Assembly: GCA_013824905.1 (NCBI GenBank)
Contig: PNOO01000001.1
Span: forward strand, 1 to 29,881
Direction: 5' to 3'
DNA: 29,881 nt
Origin: Syntrophus sp. (in: bacteria)
GTDB taxonomy: Bacteria; Desulfobacterota; Syntrophia; Syntrophales; UBA5619
Part shown: in pieces, positions 24,857-29,881 of the stretch
Position numbering within the stretch: position 1 is the stretch's first letter
Layout: the number at the start of each line of letters is the position of its first letter
Program-made: the position numbers and the translations under genes
The notes under the pieces: model-generated
What the model was told of the DNA's origin: nothing
The model's input: only the letters and a program-made list of their open reading frames with translations
Database searches by the model: none

Positions 24857-26464
24857 TTATATTTCTGAGACGATCTCGGCGATGTTCCGGTTCACATCGA
24901 GGAGTCGATCCCGGATCTCGGTCTGCTCCAGCCAAACCTTCGCCTCCATTTTGCTGCTGCGCTCTCTGAGCTGGGCGAGTCGGGTTTCCATGTCGGTGAT
25001 AAGGAAGCCCCAGTCGATCCGCGGCGTCGCCTGCTCGGGATGCGCCACGCGCTCGAGCTCGCGGCCCACCTCCAGCGTCACTTCTTCCAGATAGTCAGGG
25101 ATAGCAGCGTCCATGCCAAAGCGGCTTTTGATGAGGGAGGCAAGCTCCTTTTGGGCGCTGTATTCTCCGTGAATCAGGAAGACCTGCAATCCCTGCGTTT
25201 TGAAATGGCCGAGCCAGTCCAAAAGCTGGCTCTGCCCCGCATGGGCGGAGAAACCGTTGATCGTGAAGATTTTTGCCTTTACGGCGATCTCTTCATTAAA
25301 GATACGAACCTTCTGAGCGCCGTCGACGATCTTCCGGCCTGTCGTCCCCTGCGCCTGGAACCCGACAAAGACGATGCTCGCCCCTTCGCGCCAGAGATTG
25401 TGGCGGAGATGGTGCTTGATCCGGCCGGCGTTGGCCATGCCGCTTGCGGAAATGACGACGGCAGGGCCTTTGGCGCTGTTGATCTCCATTGATTCCTGAG
25501 TGGTCAGGGTGTAGTGAATCTGAGAGAATGACAGAGGATCCTCGCCGTTGGCGAGGAAATTCTTGGCATCCATGTCATAATACTCCCGACGCTTCCTGAA
25601 GATCTCCGTGGCCTGAATGGCGAGCGGGCTGTCAACGAAGATGGGCATGTCCGCGGGCAGTCGGCCGTCCTTCGCCAGGAGGTGAAGGGAATAGATCATC
25701 TCCTGGGTCCTCTCCACGGCGAAAGCGGGGATGATCACCTTCTCTCCCCGGCTATAGCTGTACGCGATCGCCTCGGCAAGTTCGTTCAGGCTGTCCTTTT
25801 CATCCTTATGGTTCCGGTTCCCGTAAGTGGATTCCATGAAGAGGAAGTCGGCCTCGGCAATCACTGTCGGATCCTGTATGAGGAGCTGCGTCGGGCGGCC
25901 GATGTCGCCGGAGAAAACGATCCGGCTCGTTTTGCCGTTTTCCGTGACCACAAGCTCTATCATCGCAGCGCCGAGGATATGTCCCGCATCTCGGAAGGTC
26001 ACTCTCAGCTCCGGAAACGGTGAGAAGGGCGTCTCGTATTTCACGGCGGAAAAAAGGGGAAAGGTGGTCTGCACGTCCTTTTGAGTGTAAAGGGGAATGA
26101 GGTCCCTGTCCCCATAGCGGAGCCTTTTTCGGCTCTTCCACTGCGCCTCCATCTCCTGAATGTGGGCGCTGTCCATCAGCATGATCCTAAGGAGATCCTC
26201 CGTCGGCGGTGTCATATAGACCTTGCCGTGGAAACCCTTTTCGACAAGCCTGGGGAGGAGTCCCGAATGGTCCATGTGGGCATGGGTCATCAGCAAAAAC
26301 TCGATACCGGCGGGATCATAAATCCCGACGTCCCAATTCCGCTTTTCGATCTCGGCGTTTCCCTGATGCATGCCGCAGTCGATTGCGAACCGATGGCCCC
26401 CTGCCTCCAGTATGTAACAAGAGCCTGTGACCGTCCTCGCCGCACCCATAAACCTGATTTTCAT
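24857..26464 (-). CDS. Metallo-beta-lactamase / beta-CASP family nuclease (YSH1-like), 535 aa
   Basis: THAHMDHSG, DAGHILG, FSGDIG, MESTYG, ISASGM, FSAHAG and IHGE motifs. Confidence 0.92.
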   Translation of the reverse strand: MKIRFMGAARTVTGSCYILEAGGHRFAIDCGMHQGNAEIEKRNWDVGIYDPAGIEFLLMTHAHMDHSGLLPRLVEKGFHGKVYMTPPTEDLLRIMLMDSAHIQEMEAQWKSRKRLRYGDRDLIPLYTQKDVQTTFPLFSAVKYETPFSPFPELRVTFRDAGHILGAAMIELVVTENGKTSRIVFSGDIGRPTQLLIQDPTVIAEADFLFMESTYGNRNHKDEKDSLNELAEAIAYSYSRGEKVIIPAFAVERTQEMIYSLHLLAKDGRLPADMPIFVDSPLAIQATEIFRKRREYYDMDAKNFLANGEDPLSFSQIHYTLTTQESMEINSAKGPAVVISASGMANAGRIKHHLRHNLWREGASIVFVGFQAQGTTGRKIVDGAQKVRIFNEEIAVKAKIFTINGFSAHAGQSQLLDWLGHFKTQGLQVFLIHGEYSAQKELASLIKSRFGMDAAIPDYLEEVTLEVGRELERVAHPEQATPRIDWGFLITDMETRLAQLRERSSKMEAKVWLEQTEIRDRLLDVNRNIAEIVSEI

Positions 26465-26610
26465 AGCCGCCTCATGATGATGTAAGTTTTGACCTTGTCA
26501 ATACCTGAATGGCAATGAAATTGCAACGGCCTTTTCCCTCCGGGCCGGCACTTCGGTCTTGACAGGATTCCCTCTTCCGGATTAGTTTAAGCAAGGAATA
26601 GGAGGCTGCC

Positions 26611-28053
26611 ATGAATCCGGAGATCCGCCGAACGCTCAAGGAGATAAACACCGAGGACTGGAAAGAGATTCCCGTCGAATACGGAAAGGAAATCCTGGCC
26701 ATCCGTGTTCCCCCAAACTGCGACATCCTGTCGATGAAGGAGCTCCCGATCCTCCCCGATCCGCGGGCGGCTTTCGAGGAGGCCCTTTCGCATCCGATCG
26801 GGGGCGCGACTCTCGAAGAGATCATCCGTTCCAAGGGAAAGCCGGCGGCAGAGCTCAGGGCTGCCGTAACCGTCTCCGACATCACGCGCCCCGTTCCCTA
26901 CCGCGGGGATACCGGCCTGCTTCGACCGCTGCTCAACCGCCTGGAATCGGCGGGGATCCTTCGGCAGAACATCGTCATCGTCATCGGCAACGGCATGCAC
27001 CGACCGAGCACTCTTAACGAGCGAAACGAGATGCTCGGAGAGGACATCCTTCGTCAATACCCGATTATCGACCACGACTGCGAAGACCAGGCCTCGCTCA
27101 CCTTCATCGGTAAAAGCGACACCGGCGGGGATGTCTTCGTGAACAGCGTCTTTTACCGGGCCGATGTGAGGATTGCAACGGGGCTTGTAGAGAGCCACTT
27201 CATGGCAGGGCTTTCCGGCGGGCGCAAGGCGATCTGTCCGGGACTGGTGGACAAGAGGACCATCGAGAAGTTCCACAGTCCCGCCTTCCTCGAATCCCCC
27301 CAGGCGCAAAATCTCATCCTCGACGGAAATCCCTGTCATGAGGAATCCCTGGCGATCGCGCGGACGGTCGGGGTGGATTTCATCGTCAATACAACCCTGG
27401 ACAAGGATCTGCGTCCGACCGGCGTCTTCGCCGGACACATCGAATCAGCCCATGCCGCGGCGGCCGATCTCGTCCGGAACTACGTCTTAGTCCCGGTGGA
27501 GCATGAGTATGACATCGTCCTCACCCATGGCGGCTACGTCGGCCGGAACCACTACCAGGCGGTAAAGGCCGCCTACAATGCCCTCCCGGCCATCCGAAGG
27601 GGGGGGACCCTGATCATCGCCACCGACAACCGTGATGTGGAACCGATCGGCGGATCGGAATACCGCAGTCTCCTCCACATGCTCAAGATCCAGGGAGCCG
27701 ATCACTACATGAGAATGATCGAAACGCCCGGCTGGCGCTTCACCAAGGACCAGTGGGAACCGGAGATGTGGGCGAAGGTCTTCAGGAAAATCGAAGAAAA
27801 AGATTTCGTCTACTGTACGCACACCATCCCCCGTCAGGATTACTGTCTGATCCCCGGCTGCTGTGGTCTCGATTTTATGCATAAGGAAACTAAGAAACCC
27901 GCCGCCGCGGCAGTCAAGGAAATGGTGGATAATGCTTTACGTTTCGCCGTGGCCGGGTTCCGAAACAGAGGCGTCGAACCCACGGTCGCTTTCATCCGGG
28001 AAGGGCCTTATGCGATCCCCTACCTCAGAGAGACGGAGGCCGGCGCCGGGTGA
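26611..28053 (+). CDS. Nickel-pincer-dependent lactate racemase (LarA/DUF2088) family protein, 480 aa
   Basis: SDITRP, GMHRP, DHDC, HFMAGLSGGRK, FHS and QAVKA motifs. Confidence 0.85.
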   Translation: MNPEIRRTLKEINTEDWKEIPVEYGKEILAIRVPPNCDILSMKELPILPDPRAAFEEALSHPIGGATLEEIIRSKGKPAAELRAAVTVSDITRPVPYRGDTGLLRPLLNRLESAGILRQNIVIVIGNGMHRPSTLNERNEMLGEDILRQYPIIDHDCEDQASLTFIGKSDTGGDVFVNSVFYRADVRIATGLVESHFMAGLSGGRKAICPGLVDKRTIEKFHSPAFLESPQAQNLILDGNPCHEESLAIARTVGVDFIVNTTLDKDLRPTGVFAGHIESAHAAAADLVRNYVLVPVEHEYDIVLTHGGYVGRNHYQAVKAAYNALPAIRRGGTLIIATDNRDVEPIGGSEYRSLLHMLKIQGADHYMRMIETPGWRFTKDQWEPEMWAKVFRKIEEKDFVYCTHTIPRQDYCLIPGCCGLDFMHKETKKPAAAAVKEMVDNALRFAVAGFRNRGVEPTVAFIREGPYAIPYLRETEAGAG

Positions 28054-28961
28054 GAACGGTCATTGAAGCAGGGCATCTCCGTAAAACATTCGGGGAGCTT
28101 GTCGCTGTCGACGACCTCTCCTTTACGGTAGCTGCCGGCGAGTGCTTCGGGATCCTCGGTCCGAACGGTGCGGGGAAGACCTCCACGATCCGGATGGTCT
28201 ACGGCTTTTCGCCGCTCACCACAGGAACGCTCAGGGTTTTCGGCCTGGATGTGACGCGGGAGGCCCGCACTATCAAGGCCCGGATCGGTGTCTGCCAGCA
28301 GGAGAATAACCTCGATCCGGAACTGACGGTCCGGGAGAACCTTCTCGTCTTCGCCCGTTACTTCGATATCCCGGCTGCCGAGGCAGGACGCCGGGCGTCA
28401 GAGCTTCTCAAATTCATGACCCTGGACCATCGCGAGAATTCCCGTGCAGTTGATCTCTCCGGCGGAATGGTTCGGCGGATCGTCATGGCCCGCGCCCTCC
28501 TCAACCGGCCGGAGCTTCTCATCCTCGACGAACCGACGACCGGCCTCGACCCCCAGTCGCGCCACCTGGTCTGGGAGCGTCTTGAAGAGCTGCGCGCCAA
28601 CGGACTCACCATCCTTCTGACGACGCACTACATGGAGGAGGCCTCCCGCCTCTGCGACAGGCTCATTATTATGGACGGGGGAAGGCTCCTCGTCGAAGGG
28701 AAGCCGGCCGAGCTGGTCCGCCGGCACGTCGGCCGCCACGTCCTCGAAGTGGCCGATCCCGAGGCCGGACTCGCAGAGTTTCTCACGCAGCGAGCGGTCC
28801 CTTATGAAAGCTTCGGCCATCGCCTCATCATCTATATCGAGGACGGCAGCAACCTCTACCGGGAGATCAGCGAAAGGTCGTGCAGCGGGTCGTGCACCAT
28901 GCGGATGGCGACGCTGGAGGATGTCTTCCTCCGCTTGACGGGAAGGGAGTTGAGAGAATGA
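28050..28961 (+). CDS. ABC exporter ATP-binding subunit (NodI-like)
   Basis: GPNGAGKT, LSGGM, LILDEPTTGLDP and TTHYMEEA. GTG start overlaps the upstream TGA. Confidence 0.92.
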   Translation: MRTVIEAGHLRKTFGELVAVDDLSFTVAAGECFGILGPNGAGKTSTIRMVYGFSPLTTGTLRVFGLDVTREARTIKARIGVCQQENNLDPELTVRENLLVFARYFDIPAAEAGRRASELLKFMTLDHRENSRAVDLSGGMVRRIVMARALLNRPELLILDEPTTGLDPQSRHLVWERLEELRANGLTILLTTHYMEEASRLCDRLIIMDGGRLLVEGKPAELVRRHVGRHVLEVADPEAGLAEFLTQRAVPYESFGHRLIIYIEDGSNLYREISERSCSGSCTMRMATLEDVFLRLTGRELRE

Positions 28962-29743
28962 CGATCTATCCCCCGCTTTCTCGCCGCTTTGTCCGCGTCT
29001 GGCAGCGGAATCTCACCGTCTACCGACAGAGCTGGCAGATCAGCTTTATCCCGCCGCTCCTGGAGCCCCTCTTCTACCTCCTGGCTTTCGGGCTCGGTTT
29101 GAGCGGGCTTGTGGGGAATATCAGATATCTGGGAGAGGAGATCTCCTACGTCCGGTTCATCGCCCCGGCGCTCATCGCCATCACCATCATGAACAGCGCC
29201 TTTTTCGAAAACACATACGGCTCGTTCGTCCGGATGTACTACCAGAAGACCTTCGACGCGATGATGGCGACGCCGCTTACAGTCGAGGAGATTATCACGG
29301 GAGAGATCATCTGGGGGGCGACAAAGGCGGTGATCGCGACGGTCATCATGATGGCGGTGATCAGCGGCTTCGGTTTGATTCGTTACCCGTCGGGGCTGCT
29401 CCTGATTCCGCTTGCCTTCCTCGGGGGTCTCGCCTTCGGCGCCTCCGGAATGGTCTGCACGGCGATCGTACCCAACATCGAACTGTTCAATCTGCCGGTC
29501 TTTCTCTTCATTACACCCATGTTTCTCTTCGGTGGGACGTTCTTCCCCGTTGAAAACCTCCCCCTCTGGGCGCAACGGACCGCGGCGCTGCTGCCTCTCA
29601 CCCATCTCGTCGATCTCGCCCGCGCCTTCGCGACTGACCGCATCGACGCATCGCTTTTACCCGGCCTCGGTTATCTGACCGCCGTCGCCGCGGCTGTCTT
29701 TCCGCTTGCCCTCCGCAAGATGCGCCGGCGCCTGATCAAATGA
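28958..29743 (+). CDS. ABC-2 type exporter permease (NodJ-like), 261 aa
   Basis: Multiple TM segments and YYQKTFDAMMATPL..EIITGEIIWG. ATG 28958 overlaps the upstream TGA. Confidence 0.9.
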   Translation: MTIYPPLSRRFVRVWQRNLTVYRQSWQISFIPPLLEPLFYLLAFGLGLSGLVGNIRYLGEEISYVRFIAPALIAITIMNSAFFENTYGSFVRMYYQKTFDAMMATPLTVEEIITGEIIWGATKAVIATVIMMAVISGFGLIRYPSGLLLIPLAFLGGLAFGASGMVCTAIVPNIELFNLPVFLFITPMFLFGGTFFPVENLPLWAQRTAALLPLTHLVDLARAFATDRIDASLLPGLGYLTAVAAAVFPLALRKMRRRLIK

Positions 29744-29784
29744 ATGCCGCTCGGCGGGAGGAACATTCTTTCGCCTGCTAAAAA

Positions 29785-29826
29785 AACCGGCCGAACGCTA
29801 TCGGGCACGTTCGGCCGGTTCTTTTC
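29785..29826. terminator. Probable bidirectional Rho-independent terminator
   Basis: 13-bp perfect stem aaccggccgaacg / cgttcggccggtt, with an A-run before and a T-rich run after. Confidence 0.8.
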
Positions 29827-29881
29827 TTCTTGGCTTTGGTGAATTTCTAAATACTTGGTTGCCGGTGCCGGTGCCGCTGGC

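Noticed and set aside
26587-27438. Long antisense ORFs in the GC-rich flanks (also 743-1642, 2391-3053, 3779-4564, 4715-5563, 28856-29605)
   Set aside because: They lie opposite well-supported genes and are expected from codon bias in high-GC DNA.
29840-29881. End of a minus-strand gene entering from the right edge
   Set aside because: The frame and stop codon cannot be assigned from about 40 bp.

Overview
The window has a GC-rich bacterial host backbone, with gene content reminiscent of anaerobic deltaproteobacteria (inference only). It is interrupted by a ~17 kb, more AT-rich genomic island integrated at the 3' end of a tRNA-Ser(CGA) gene. Left host flank: the end of a DegT-family sugar aminotransferase, methylmalonate-semialdehyde dehydrogenase, a class I/II aminotransferase and an acyl-CoA ligase (ADP-forming)-GNAT fusion. 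The island (about 6496-23545) has all genes on the minus strand. Reading from the tRNA: a P4-like integrase; a tight five-gene defence operon (nuclease-methylase fusion, two-TRD specificity subunit, HEPN RNase, Mrr-like nuclease, HhH-like protein); a coupled pair of unknown proteins (406 and 262 aa); a 1154-aa LRR-ROC-COR (Roco) protein with 16 near-identical 66-bp repeats and a C-terminal membrane helix; a decayed IS91-like transposase fragment; and an AlpA / 37-aa ORF / HTH-Zn ribbon / second tyrosine recombinase module ending at a damaged att copy. I recognised no replication, capsid or conjugation gene in the island. Right host flank: tadA, a TonB-C protein, a beta-CASP metallo-hydrolase, a LarA-family protein and an ABC-2 exporter pair. 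All family assignments come from motifs recognised by eye, with no database search.
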